The position numbers and the translations under genes are program-made. DNA of 63,401 nt, counting the filler, from Octopus bimaculoides (Eukaryota): NCBI RefSeq assembly GCF_001194135.2. It is 6 parts of 5 records of this genome, joined end to end, with 100 filler letters (N's around TTAATTAATTAA, not from the genome) between each part and the next. Parts side by side here need not be neighbours in the genome. Positions count along the whole stretch, not along the records: positions 32,147 to 62,216 come from NC_068996.1; 5 more parts are not named here. The stretch is one strand, 5' to 3'. Of this stretch, positions 38,355 to 50,555 are shown piece after piece. The first letter of the stretch is position 1; every line of letters begins with the position of its first letter. The notes beneath the pieces were generated by a model. The model was not told where the DNA came from. It saw nothing but the letters and a program-made list of their open reading frames with translations, and did not search any database.

Positions 38355-38750
38355 CACTAATACATAGACGTGGTGTAGACAACAAACAGATGTATTAGTT
38401 TAACGCTCGGGAAGGGAAAATGTCTTTAACGTTTCGGGCCTACGCTCTTCCACAGAAAGGAACACAGAAAGAAACAAGGAGAGAAAATAATGCGTAGTGG
38501 ATAGCGATCTATCATGGCGAATGCCGGACAGAGGCTCACACAGGAGAGCTAGGAAGAAGGGAAGATAATAAAGTAGTAGTGATCCTAAAACATGCGTGTG
38601 TATAAGAGAGCAAGAGCATGCATGTGCCTGTGGAAGAGGGCTGGTGACCTTGATGTGTGCGTGTGTGTATTATACCCCTACTGCCAAGTTTACGTTGGGG
38701 TTTCTGTAGTGGTGAATAGATAATTGAATAAGTTGGAGTCAATAAAAAGG
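38355..38750 (-). mobile_element. Penelope-like terminal-repeat fragment containing a hammerhead-like motif (38423-38460, core CUGUGGA)
   Basis: Reverse complement matches 37420-37590; downstream part matches 52610-53096. Confidence 0.7.
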
Positions 38751-39022
38751 AATACATAGGAACATTTATTTGTAATCACTACAATTGTTTCCATGCAATG
38801 TAATTCTCCTTGCTCGCAGATATTTCGTTATGTAATCGTTTCCTTCCATTATGAGAACTTGTGTTTCATCAGATGATATGTAAATACTGTCTCTGTGTTC
38901 CGTAAACTCAAATTTTCGACTTCGACCGCATCTTTTCTGTCTGTCGTGGTTATACGAACATTAGTAATCGCAAAGTATATCAAAATGTCTGTTGCCTTTT
39001 GATGAATGTTTTAAATGTATAG

Positions 39023-39053
39023 ACGGTGTGGGAGGTTGGCTATCCTATGAGTG
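39023..39053 (+). CDS. 31-nt exon: first half of sulfotransferase 5'-PSB loop (TVWEVGYPMS-G)
   Basis: tgtatag| acceptor and G|gtaagt donor. Confidence 0.55.
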
Positions 39054-39176
39054 GTAAGTCTTGATTCTTATTAAAGGTAGTGTTAGTCTATTTCTTTGTA
39101 CTGCTAATTCATTCTTCATGGTCGGTTACCCATACTAAGAATTCACCGGTCATTCAGTTGACGAACTTATATGTTC

Positions 39177-39212
<36 letters not shown>

Positions 39213-39648
39213 TAAACACACCCATATTTACACATAGGTGCACTCATGTATACATATACGCATAATCACTTGAGTATACGCCCCTTCGACATTACATGCA
39301 TACGCTTACATATATGAATTTATATATACACACACATACACATCTATATACATACTCATGCTCGCACACACACACACAACAGTTTACGATTTGCTGCAAA
39401 AATTCAAATTGAGAAATGTGAAGTAAATAAAATGCGAAAATGCGGTTATAGAACCGGAAGCTTCAATATGAGAAAAATTCTAATATCGTAATTGTGGAAT
39501 TAATTTACTTAATCAGCGGCTTTTAGACGTATTAGTTGATGATCAGTTTTCTACATCTTTGTCTATATAAATATCTTGCAAACGGGATGTATTGTATACC
39601 GATGGGGTGTATATTTACAAACATGCGAGCAGACAAAGAGTTTCTCAG

Positions 39649-39689
39649 GCAACTATGTAGTCTCGGGTTTAATCCAAATTCAATATCAC
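39649..39689 (+). CDS. 41-nt exon: second half of 5'-PSB loop and helix (G-NYVVSGLIQIQYH)
   Basis: tttctcag| acceptor and CAC|gtaaga donor; spliced product YPMSGNYVVSGLIQ matches the [YF]PxxG[NT]x5LI pattern. Confidence 0.55.
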
Positions 39690-39757
39690 GTAAGAAACTG
39701 AAAGCCTTCTGCCATAATTCTACATTGACTAAAACCATGTGAGTCAAATTTTTGTAG

Positions 39758-39789
39758 ACCAAAACGTTGCCAGTCAAATTTTACAGATG
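39758..39789 (+). CDS. 32-nt exon (TKTLPVKFYR) after a 68-nt intron
   Basis: tttttgtag| acceptor and TG|gtatgt donor; frame-compatible. Confidence 0.45.
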
Positions 39790-39880
39790 GTATGTATGCC
39801 GAAGACTGTCAAGGAAATTATTTCCGTTTTTCAGTGATAAACTTAATCCTTCGCCAGGTTAACCACTAATATCTAGCCCT

Positions 39881-39918
<38 letters not shown>

Positions 39919-39933
39919 NNNNNNNNNNTACTA

Positions 39934-39989
<56 letters not shown>

Positions 39990-40568
39990 ACAACTTGTGC
40001 TACTAACGCCATCATCACCATCACCACTTCTACTACTACAACCACTACCACCACCACTATTACTACTACTGCTGCTGCTGTTACCACTAATATTACCACT
40101 ACTACTAACACCACCACCACCGCCACTACTACTACTACTACTAGAACCACTACCACCACAAATGTTGCTGCCACTGCCACCGCCACTACTAATACTACTA
40201 CTACTGCTGCTGTTACTACTAATATTACTGCTACTACTAACACATCGCCACGGCCACCACCTCTACCACTACGATTACTTGTTTTTCTTTTTTTTCTTTT
40301 TGTTTATCGTTTCCTTTCTTTTCGTCATACAGTTTGCTTTTTCTGTAACCATTTCGTTCAGGATTCTTTCTGGTTTGAAAATATGTCTTCCGCTTTCCAA
40401 CCAGTCACTGAGGCTTTCAAATGGATTATAGATGCGGAGCGACACATCGCCAACTGATTAACTTATATACGGATGTACGTACATACGGTTACTACGACGA
40501 GTGTTCGAATTAATACGACCAACGGGAACAGCTTACTCGTGAATTAACGCACAATGTGGAGGAGCAAA

Positions 40569-40636
<68 letters not shown>

Positions 40637-41423
40637 NNNNNNNNNNNNNNNNNNNNNNNNNNNNNNNNNNNNNNNNNNNNNNNNNNNNNNNNNNNNNNNN
40701 NNNNNNNNNNNNNNNNNNNNNNNNNNNNNNNNNNNNNNNNNNNNNNNNNNNNNNNNNNNNNNNNNNNNNNNNNNNNNNNNNNNNNNNNNNNNNNNNNNNN
40801 NNNNNNNNNNNNNNNNNNNNNNNNNNNNNNNNNNNNNNNNNNNNNNNNNNNNNNNNNNNNNNNNNNNNNNNNNNNNNNNNNNNNNNNNNNNNNNNNNNNN
40901 NNNNNNNNNNNNNNNNNNNNNNNNNNNNNNNNNNNNNNNNNNNNNNNNNNNNNNNNNNNNNNNNNNNNNNNNNNNNNNNNNNNNNNNNNNNNNNNNNNNN
41001 NNNNNNNNNNNNNNNNNNNNNNNNNNNNNNNNNNNNNNNNNNNNNNNNNNNNNNNNNNNNNNNNNNNNNNNNNNNNNNNNNNNNNNNNNNNNNNNNNNNN
41101 NNNNNNNNNNNNNNNNNNNNNNNNNNNNNNNNNNNNNNNNNNNNNNNNNNNNNNNNNNNNNNNNNNNNNNNNNNNNNNNNNNNNNNNNNNNNNNNNNNNN
41201 NNNNNNNNNNNNNNNNNNNNNNNNNNNNNNNNNNNNNNNNNNNNNNNNNNNNNNNNNNNNNNNNNNNNNNNNNNNNNNNNNNNNNNNNNNNNNNNNNNNN
41301 NNNNNNNNNNNNNNNNNNNNNNNNNNNNNNNNNNNNNNNNNNNNNNNNNNNNNNNNNNNNNNNNNNNNNNNNNNNNNNNNNNNNNNNNNNNNNNNNNNNN
41401 NNNNNNNNNNNNNNNNNNNNNNN

Positions 41424-41595
41424 NTGTGTATATATATGGGAGAATTTACGAAAAAAACAACAGACGTGGACAGGTAGTGTAAACAACAAAAGGATGTATT
41501 AGTTTAACGCTCGGAAATAGAGAAAGTCTTTAACGTTTCGAGCTACACTCTTCAACAGAAAGAAATATGGAGAAAAACAAGGAGAAAAAAAATTT
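41424..41595 (-). mobile_element. Penelope-like terminal-repeat fragment with hammerhead-like motif (41527-41563, CUGUUGA, stem II GAGU/GCUC)
   Basis: Reverse complement of 37420-37590; abuts (TA)n. Confidence 0.7.
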
Positions 41596-41981
41596 AATGA
41601 GAAAAACACTGATTTAGTGGAGCCGTTCGAGAACTCATAGAGAACACAGACAGACAGACAAAGAATTTATATATAGAGATTTTAGATATATATAGATGAT
41701 AAACAGCTTTCTTTATTATAGTACAGATGTGACTAATTCGGAAAAACATTCCCTCATTATTCACACATCGTCACTGTCCTAATACAGCACTTTGTAATTT
41801 CGGTTCAAATTGAAAGTGTCTTTCAAATAACTATAGCTGGTTGTTGAGATAACGTAAAATATATGTAAATGAAAATATAGTTTATTTGGTGGCCGAAAGA
41901 TTACTGAATGCTTTGATACACTATACGTCAAAATCGGCAACTCAGTTTTCGAATGCATAGGGAACATACGCGTGCACACAC

Positions 41982-42020
<39 letters not shown>

Positions 42021-42211
42021 CATTTATATGTATAGATATATGCATGTATATATATGTAGATATATATCTATATACACATATTTATACACAAATATGCTCA
42101 CACATACATACACATACACTCAAACATACACATATGCACACACTCACACGCACACACACATACACTCAAACACAGATAAACACACACGCACATACATATG
42201 AATATATTTAT

Positions 42212-42267
<56 letters not shown>

Positions 42268-43008
42268 NNNNNNNNNNNNNNNNNNNNNNNNNNNNNNNNN
42301 NNNNNNNNNNNNNNNNNNNNNNNNNNNNNNNNNNNNNNNNNNNNNNNNNNNNNNNNNNNNNNNNNNNNNNNNNNNNNNNNNNNNNNNNNNNNNNNNNNNN
42401 NNNNNNNNNNNNNNNNNNNNNNNNNNNNNNNNNNNNNNNNNNNNNNNNNNNNNNNNNNNNNNNNNNNNNNNNNNNNNNNNNNNNNNNNNNNNNNNNNNNN
42501 NNNNNNNNNNNNNNNNNNNNNNNNNNNNNNNNNNNNNNNNNNNNNNNNNNNNNNNNNNNNNNNNNNNNNNNNNNNNNNNNNNNNNNNNNNNNNNNNNNNN
42601 NNNNNNNNNNNNNNNNNNNNNNNNNNNNNNNNNNNNNNNNNNNNNNNNNNNNNNNNNNNNNNNNNNNNNNNNNNNNNNNNNNNNNNNNNNNNNNNNNNNN
42701 NNNNNNNNNNNNNNNNNNNNNNNNNNNNNNNNNNNNNNNNNNNNNNNNNNNNNNNNNNNNNNNNNNNNNNNNNNNNNNNNNNNNNNNNNNNNNNNNNNNN
42801 NNNNNNNNNNNNNNNNNNNNNNNNNNNNNNNNNNNNNNNNNNNNNNNNNNNNNNNNNNNNNNNNNNNNNNNNNNNNNNNNNNNNNNNNNNNNNNNNNNNN
42901 NNNNNNNNNNNNNNNNNNNNNNNNNNNNNNNNNNNGTTGAGCCCTGTGTGGCTAATAAAAGAAATGTATCCATATGTCTATCTGCCTGTCTCTGTGTGTC
43001 TATCTATC

Positions 43009-43094
<86 letters not shown>

Positions 43095-43127
43095 ACTCTC
43101 GCTCTCGCTCTCGCTCTTCCCCTTTTA

Positions 43128-43495
43128 TTCTTTTACTTGTTACAGTTATGAGACTGCGACCATGCTGGTGCTCTGCCATAAAGGATTTTAATCGAACAAA
43201 TCGACCGCTGGACATATTTTTTAAACCTATTACTTATTGTATCGGTCTTTTTTTGCCGAACCGCAAAGGTATGAATGTGTAAATACACCAACGCAGGCTG
43301 TCAAGCGGTGTTGGGGGACAAACATGGACACAAAGATACACGCATATAGGTGTATATATATATATAATATATACGAGGGGCGTCTTTCAGTTTGCGTCTA
43401 CTAAATCGACTCACAAGGCTTTGGTCGGCCCGAGGCTATAATAGAAGACATTTGCCAAAGTTACCACGCACAGAGACTGAACCTGGAACCATGTT
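43128..43495 (-). mobile_element. CORE-type tRNA SINE
   Basis: Family similarity to 22553-22935. Confidence 0.75.
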
Positions 43496-44731
43496 GTTAT
43501 GCACAATGTGTTTTGCCAGTTCGTGGGTAAGCTGCGATTTATAGGCGTAAGAAAAATATCTTATTATCAATGCACTTCGTGTTAAAACACGTGGAGACAT
43601 TGACAAATGTTGCAGGAGCGGTAAACATTAATGTTTCGGCATCTTTGTGACTTATCAATACCACGTACCAGAAACGAGGCCAGACGTAAGCTAGATCACT
43701 ATAGCTATATGCATATAGTCCCCAACACCGTTCCACAACTGGTGGTGGTGTGTTTACGCCCGGCAAAAGCGACCAGTTGAAGTACTAGGCTTAAACAATA
43801 AGTCCTGTGGCCGATTTGCTCGACTAAACACTTTAAGGCGGTGCTCCAGCATGACCGCAGTCAAATAACTGAAACAAGTAAACTAATGAATATATGTATA
43901 TGTGTGTATGTGTTTGTGTGTATATATATCTACATATATANNNNNNNNNNNNNNNNNNNNNNNNNNNNNNNNNNNNNNNNNNNNNNNNNNNNNNNNNNNN
44001 NNNNNNNNNNNNNNNNNNNNNNNNNNNNNNNNNNNNNNNNNNNNNNNNNNNNNNNNNNNNNNNNNNNNNNNNNNNNNNNNNNNNNNNNNNNNNNNNNNNN
44101 NNNNNNNNNNNNNNNNNNNNNNNNNNNNNNNNNNNNNNNNNNNNNNNNNNNNNNNNNNNNNNNNNNNNNNNNNNNNNNNNNNNNNNNNNNNNNNNNNNNN
44201 ATATATATATATAGATATATATATGCAAACCACTTTATTTTTCACGTTGCTCCAGTTCACACAGCTGTTGAAATGAATTGCAAGGTCACTGGTGCCAAGT
44301 TGTACCAACCTTTGCTTTTTGCTTGGATAACATTGGTGGTGTGGAGAGGGGAGGCCGGTATGCATGGGTGACTGCTGGTCGTCCATAAACAACCTTGCCC
44401 GGACTTGTGCCTAGGAGGTCTAGTTTCTGGATGCAATCTCGTGCACATTCATGACCTAAGGGGGTCTTTACCCTAAATACAGGTAGACAGATATAGATAT
44501 ATACATAAACACAAATATATGTAATATATATACACACACACATATATAATATATATATATTATCTGCCTATATGTGTGTGTGTGACTGTGTGTGTGCGTG
44601 TGTGTGAATATATAAGTATATGCATATTTGTAGGCATGTATAATTGTTTATGTGTGCGCATATGCATGCATATACATACTGCCATTCATACGCGCATTGG
44701 AACATAAAGGCAAAAAAAAAATTATAGTGAT

Positions 44732-45100
44732 AAACAAGAGGACCCAGAGAGCGCAAACCTCCGCCAAAGCAACACCAACGTCCTCTCAACGATTAGCCAG
44801 AAATGATTTTTAAAATGAGAATATCTGAAACAAACTCGACTGCTCTCACAAACGAGAATACTAAATGTGAACCTGACTGCTCTCAAAAATTAAGCAAAAA
44901 AAAAAAAACAAGAAAAATAAATCAGATCCCTTGACCGGTACCAGATCGATTCCCAAATCTAATCAGTTCATGCCAGTCACGAGGCTAAACATCCCTGAAA
45001 GTTTCATCTGAATCCATGTGGCTGTTCTTGAGATATCTTTCCACGGACAACCAAACGCGACTGAAAACGATACCCATGCCCTAGTGAAGGCGGAGGTAAT
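44732..45100. mobile_element. Putative Helentron-associated (HINE/DINE-like) non-autonomous element
   Basis: 9-bp subterminal inverted repeats acctccgcc (44757-44765) / ggcggaggt (45089-45097); AACAAG start; A-rich flanks. Confidence 0.5.
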
Positions 45101-45689
45101 AAATAATAAATATATAAATAATAAAGAAACACAGTATCTGCTATTCTTCTCATTATTTAAACTATAATCTAGAACGACTATTTTCTAATTTTGTTATATG
45201 ATCTATCGTTCCATTATAGACGGATGCATATAAAAGTTGTTGATAAGGTATAATTTTTATGCCAAATCGATTTCAATGTTTACGAGTGTTTAGTTTCACC
45301 ACAAAGATGTTGATATTGATAAACTCCATTCAGAAACTCTGTATAAATTGACATGAAGCATTATTCCAGGCAAATGATCAATATGGTTCCAGCCTTGAAA
45401 TAGGCTTTTAGCATATTGATGCAGTATGTTTGATGCAACGTATTCCTGCGAAGAAAAAGTATCTTGTACTGTATTTTACATTTACTTGTACGTTCGTTCT
45501 TGTTGTTGCTGTTGCTGCTGCTGCTGTCTTTCTTGTTTTTGTTGTTGAATTGCTGGTTAGAAGCCATTAAAACAGTCATTTGGTTTGGTTTTTGATCCGT
45601 AGACGAGGAGACATTTTAAAAATAGTTTTTCAGATGAACAAAGAAGCACTCGAACTTTCCATTGAATTTTTGCTTAAGAATTATAACTC

Positions 45690-45706
45690 TTCCTCTTCTT
45701 CTTCTT

Positions 45707-45802
<96 letters not shown>

Positions 45803-45985
45803 TATTAAGAAATCATCTTCACCATAGTCACCGTCGTCATCGTCATCGTCATCATCATCATTGTCATCAACGTTATCATCGTCGTTGTCATCATCATCAT
45901 CGTCGACATATCATCATCGTCGTAGTCATCATCATCATCATTATCATCATCATCATCATCATCATCATCTTATTATTATTATTAT
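45690..45985. repeat. Compound trinucleotide microsatellite (TCT)n(TAT)n(CAT/CGT)n
   Basis: Direct reading; similar compound blocks at 39880-40280 and 55590-55950. Confidence 0.95.
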
Positions 45986-46384
45986 CAAGTTGTTTGACTG
46001 GTTGCTCCGTGGTTTCTCATTAGATTACTCATTTAATAGTTGATTGACATACAAACTATGTATCCGAAACTGACAAACAGTTTCTATTTAGTGGGATCAA
46101 GTGAAAATTTCTAAAAATTTCGCTTCTTTACAATTACGATATTCTAAAATATATTAGGTTACTTTGTTAGACTGTTAGTAATTAGTCTTTCATACTCAAT
46201 TTGAATAAGAATACCGAATGGGCACAGCCAAATGAGCAATATTCATTACACTGGCATTTAAGAGGAGCTTCTAACATACGAGGCGTAATTTCACAAATTT
46301 AGGAAGAGACGTTGGTCCATTAACCAGTACTGCAATTAACTGATCCCCCGAAACTAGGGTCCGGAATCAGGATATACCTAATTC

Positions 46385-47545
46385 TAGAACAAATATCGGT
46401 TTCAAATTATGACACAGGGCCAGCAATTTGGGGGGAGGAGGTAAGTCGATTACATCGCCACAGTTCTTATTTTATCGACCTTGGAAAGATGAAAAGTGAA
46501 GTAGCATTGGTTTCAAATTTTGGCTCAAGGCCAGGAATTTCGGGGTGGGTGCGGTAAGTCGATTGCATTGACCTCAGCGCTCAACTGGTACTTATTTTGT
46601 CGACCCCTGAAAGATGAAAGGCAATGTCCACCTGCGCGGAATTTGAACTCAGATCTTAAAGGCGGACGAAATGCCGCTAAGCGGGGTAAGTCGATTACAT
46701 CTACTCCCAGTATTCAACTGGTACTTATTTTGTCGAACCCCGAAAGGGTGAAAGGCAAAGTCCATCCCGACAAAATTTGAACTCAGGTCTTAAAGATGGA
46801 CGAAATGCCGTTAAGAATTAAAAGTAAAGCTGACCGCAGCAGAAATTGAACTCACCATGTCAACACGGACGAAATGTCACTATGCATTTTTCCATGCGTG
46901 CTTACGTTTCTTATTTTTTATTGCCTACAAGGGGCTAAACGTACAGGGGACAAACAAGGACAGTCAAATGGATTAAGTCGATTACATCGACCCCAATGCG
47001 TAACTGGTACTTATTTAATCGACCCCGAAAGGATGAAAGGCAATGTCGACCTCGGCGGAATTTAAACTCAGAACGTAACGGCAGACAAAATACCGCTAAG
47101 CATTTCGCCCGGTGTGCTAACGTTTCTGCCAGCTCGCCGCCTTTTCTAAAAAGTTGNNNNNNNNNNNNNNNNNNNNNNNNNNNNNNNNNNNNNNNNNNNN
47201 NNNNNNNNNNNNNNNNNNNNNNNTAGCAGGTGGCGCTACGGAGTCGAACCTGTACCATTCAGATACCGGCTAGGAGCTCTAACCATTAAGCTAAACAACC
47301 TCTGACAAGAAGAAATATTGCAAGGCATTTTTTCATGCTCTCTAACCACATCGCCAATCTATTAACTTAAGTTCACCTTTCTACTGTAGCCACAAGGCCT
47401 AAAATTTTGGTGAAGAGGACTAGTCGATGATATCGACCCCAGTGTTTCACTGGTACTTAATTTACCGATCCCGAAAGGATGAAGAGCAAATTGACCTTAG
47501 CGGAATTTGAACTAAGAACGCAGCGACGGGCGAAATGTCGCCTTA
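46385..47545. repeat. Cluster of 5-6 partial copies of one SINE segment
   Basis: Recurrent taagtcgattacat..ccc..actggtacttatttt.tcgaccc.gaaag.atgaaaggcaa.gtc units at about 46420, 46520, 46680, 46960 and 47400. Confidence 0.7.
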
Positions 47546-48040
47546 AGTTGACCAGTAATAATATCAATCAAGTAGATGGGTAGATGTAACCAGCTGCCCC
47601 CTTCTACAAAATCTGTCGCTTTGTGATTTCCTCAGAAATTGCTATTATAAACACACCCTGAAAGTATTATGCAAATTCTGTTACACCTCCAGCTGTACTT
47701 CCATGTCCATGGGGCATGTGCAGTATTAATATTTGATTGTTTAGCACTGTATCGACTACATTAGACATCAGCTTTTTTGTTTGTAGTGGGATTTATTTTG
47801 CTGCCCCTTATCGTATTTTAGCATTTTCTGTGTTTGTTATGTAAAGTATGTAAAATGTAAATGAGAAGCTTCATTGAGTTGCAATGCTGTGTAATTGATG
47901 TTATTGTGTGCTAAATCTGCAGAGTATGTGTTGTGAGAATGTTGTGGGAATGTTATTTGGGTGTAAGCATGTTTCAATTTTTGTTATACAGTAACTAAAC
48001 ATGAGTTGTTCTATTGAAACGAAAGTGTCTTGCATATGTG

Positions 48041-48420
48041 TGTTGGCACTCCGTCGCTTACGACGTCGAGGGTTCCAGTTGATCCGATCAACGGAACATC
48101 CTGCTCGTGAAATTAACGTGCAAGTGGCTGAGCACTCCACAGACACGTGTACCCTTAACGTAGTTCTCGGGGACATTCAGCGTGACACAAAGTGACAAGG
48201 CTGGCCCTTTGAGTTACAGGCACAACAGAAACAGGAAGTAAGAGTGAGAGAAAGTTGTGGTGGAAGAATACAGCAGAGTTCGCCACTATCCCCTGCCGGA
48301 GCCTCATGGAGCTTTAGGTGTTTTCGCTCAATAAACACTCACAATGCCCGGTCTGGGAATCGAAACCGCGATCTTATGACCACGAGTTCGTTGCCGTAAC
48401 CACTGGGCCATTGCGCCTTC
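48041..48420 (-). mobile_element. Full-length tRNA-derived SINE (family also at 53679-54063 and 57052-57492)
   Basis: Minus strand starts ggcgcaatggcccagtggttacggc...gcggtttcgattccc; (AAC)n tail. Confidence 0.85.
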
Positions 48421-50130
48421 ACGTCTTGCATATGATGCGGGCTTAAACCCCACAGAGCTCAATTTGTGTATCACTGTTAGGCCCCGGTATGTTTTTAAGC
48501 TTTTGTTCATGCTATAATCTCGTCACAATAGATACTTCCATTATTTTGGTATTATATTTACTTTTATGTCCCGCATTCTTCATATTTCCATTTCAGGATC
48601 ATTCTACTTTGACATTTCCCCTTCCTCTTCGGAGTGATATTTTGGGTTGTTTGGATTGATAATAATATCTTGCCTGTTCAGCTTGACATTTCTTCAAGTC
48701 TGAACAAAGATGTTGCTGCTTATTGTGGCCGTTTCGTTGTTATGATTCGTATTCATTACATTCCTACACTGCTTCATTTTATGTAATATCATTCAATGTA
48801 TATAGTTATAGGTCGTTTTCATCGTACTTGTGAATCAACTATTATTTTTTCAAAGATCTAAAGACCAAGAGATATGTTACCAATTGTCGTATCGTTGGAC
48901 TATATAGTCTGCACTTGAAGATAGTCTTAACTTCTTATTTTGCTTAAAAGATTTGTGTGCTAAGTCTTTGATCAAGCAAACATTAAACTCTATTTATACT
49001 TTCAGCCCACAACTTCCGGGTTATTGTTGAATTTTGCTCAGGCTTATATTCTCAGAGTTGAGTCCGATATAATTATTGGCTAAGGAATGATTTTTATTTC
49101 TCTTTGTTTTCTTTTGTATATGAAATGTTTCGTTATCAAAATCATTTACTTCAGTGTAATATGCTTCTGTTTTGGCAGTTATTGTTTCTTTGCATATATA
49201 TAGATAATGAACTTTCACTTCCACGCAGAACAATACTCTACATCGTCCTCTTTCTTTTTTGCTTTTTAATTATCTTTCCTACGTGTCTTTCAATTTTAGC
49301 CATCATGCTACTAATCTCAGTTGGCACAATATCGATGCATTTTATCTTCCTATCACGCACTAGTTTTCTATTTTCTCAGTGTCCGTTGCTCTTTTTCCTG
49401 GATATTTTATTCACTAGAACTAGCAATATCAACAACCATATTATCGATAAATTGGGTCTCCAAAGTAGTAATTTTACGCATACAATATTTAAATTCCAAC
49501 GGATGTTCGTTTGTATTTTTTTCCTCATTCTCCCGAGTTTTGTTCCTTTTCTGTTTACAAAAATATAACACTGCATTTTCTCAACCAATCCTATTCCCTT
49601 TGCTTGAGATACAACTTGCATTATGAATAAATTATCGCGACTTTTTAACATAACTATTGCCTATATCTGTATGTTACTTACAACAGTGTATAAAAAAAAT
49701 TCTCGTGTTAGAAAAATGCATTATATTTCTTCGACATCTTTTGTTACAGTTGGTGTGTTATTCAATTTAATAATGTGAGAAGATATTGTTACTGAAGAAC
49801 ACCGGAGAACATATTTTTGTACTATTTAATTATGTATTTTTGTTCTAATTTCGGAACATTCCGTTTTCGAATTCGCCTTTCTTTATTTCTAGGATTAATA
49901 AATAAAAAAATTAAAAAAATACCAAGCAAGTGCTGAAACCCAAAATATGTGAATAACTGCCTGTATAAATCACGTCAACATATATCTTTCTCAGATAAGT
50001 AAAAAGAAATATCTACAAATTTTAAGGCGCCTGCCAAAGATTCAGAGAGCTTTTAAGTTCTAGATATTGAAAGAGTCGAGGAATAGGAGCAGAAATAGCA
50101 GAGTATCTTGATTTACTTTCTATATCACAG

Positions 50131-50274
50131 TCCTAGGAGGATGGTCAGCGCTTTTGACCATTTTTACAGTCTTTCCGAAAGCTGGGAAAAAAAACAGGAA
50201 GTTCTGTTAAAATCGGAAACCTGGCTCAAATTTTTGCAACAAAATGGATTTCGAGACATATATCTACGTGCCAG
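50131..50274 (+). CDS. 144-nt exon with sulfotransferase 3'-PSB-like motif
   Basis: ttctatatcacag|...AG|gtagtt; PRRMVSAFDHFYSLSESWEKKQEVLLKSETWLKFLQQNGFRDIYLRAR, open, symmetric phase 2-2. Confidence 0.6.
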
Positions 50275-50522
50275 GTAGTTATGTTGAACCGGGTTCACCT
50301 TAGAGAAACAAGTCTAATTCCTTTAATGGGCTGCTATATAAGTTCTGTCTACAAATTTCATTCACGTTAAGTTGGATATAAAGATTGCTATTTGATATTA
50401 ATACTGGTTCTGCCGCTAATAGTTATTTAGAAAAGTTATTAATTTTACACAATCCCATATTCATATTCCCTCAAAGCATGAGATACTGAATCTGTCTGCC
50501 TACAAAACCATTATTTCCATAG

Positions 50523-50555
50523 GCTTAGCTGTAAGGATCTTCCAGAGAAACGGTT
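50523..50555 (+). CDS. Candidate 33-nt exon (LSCKDLPEKR)
   Basis: tttccatag| acceptor and TT|gtaaga donor; phase 2-2. Confidence 0.3.

Noticed and set aside
39536-39742. 68-aa single-exon ORF
   Set aside because: Better explained by small exons with consensus splice sites; no family resemblance as a whole.
45200-45690. Several short plus-strand exon candidates
   Set aside because: They imply ~46-nt introns or create junction stops with the upstream exon; more likely a decayed retroelement.
48330-48420. tRNA gene calls for SINE heads (also 7218, 37228, 55447)
   Set aside because: They lack a complete cloverleaf or acceptor stem and continue into SINE bodies.
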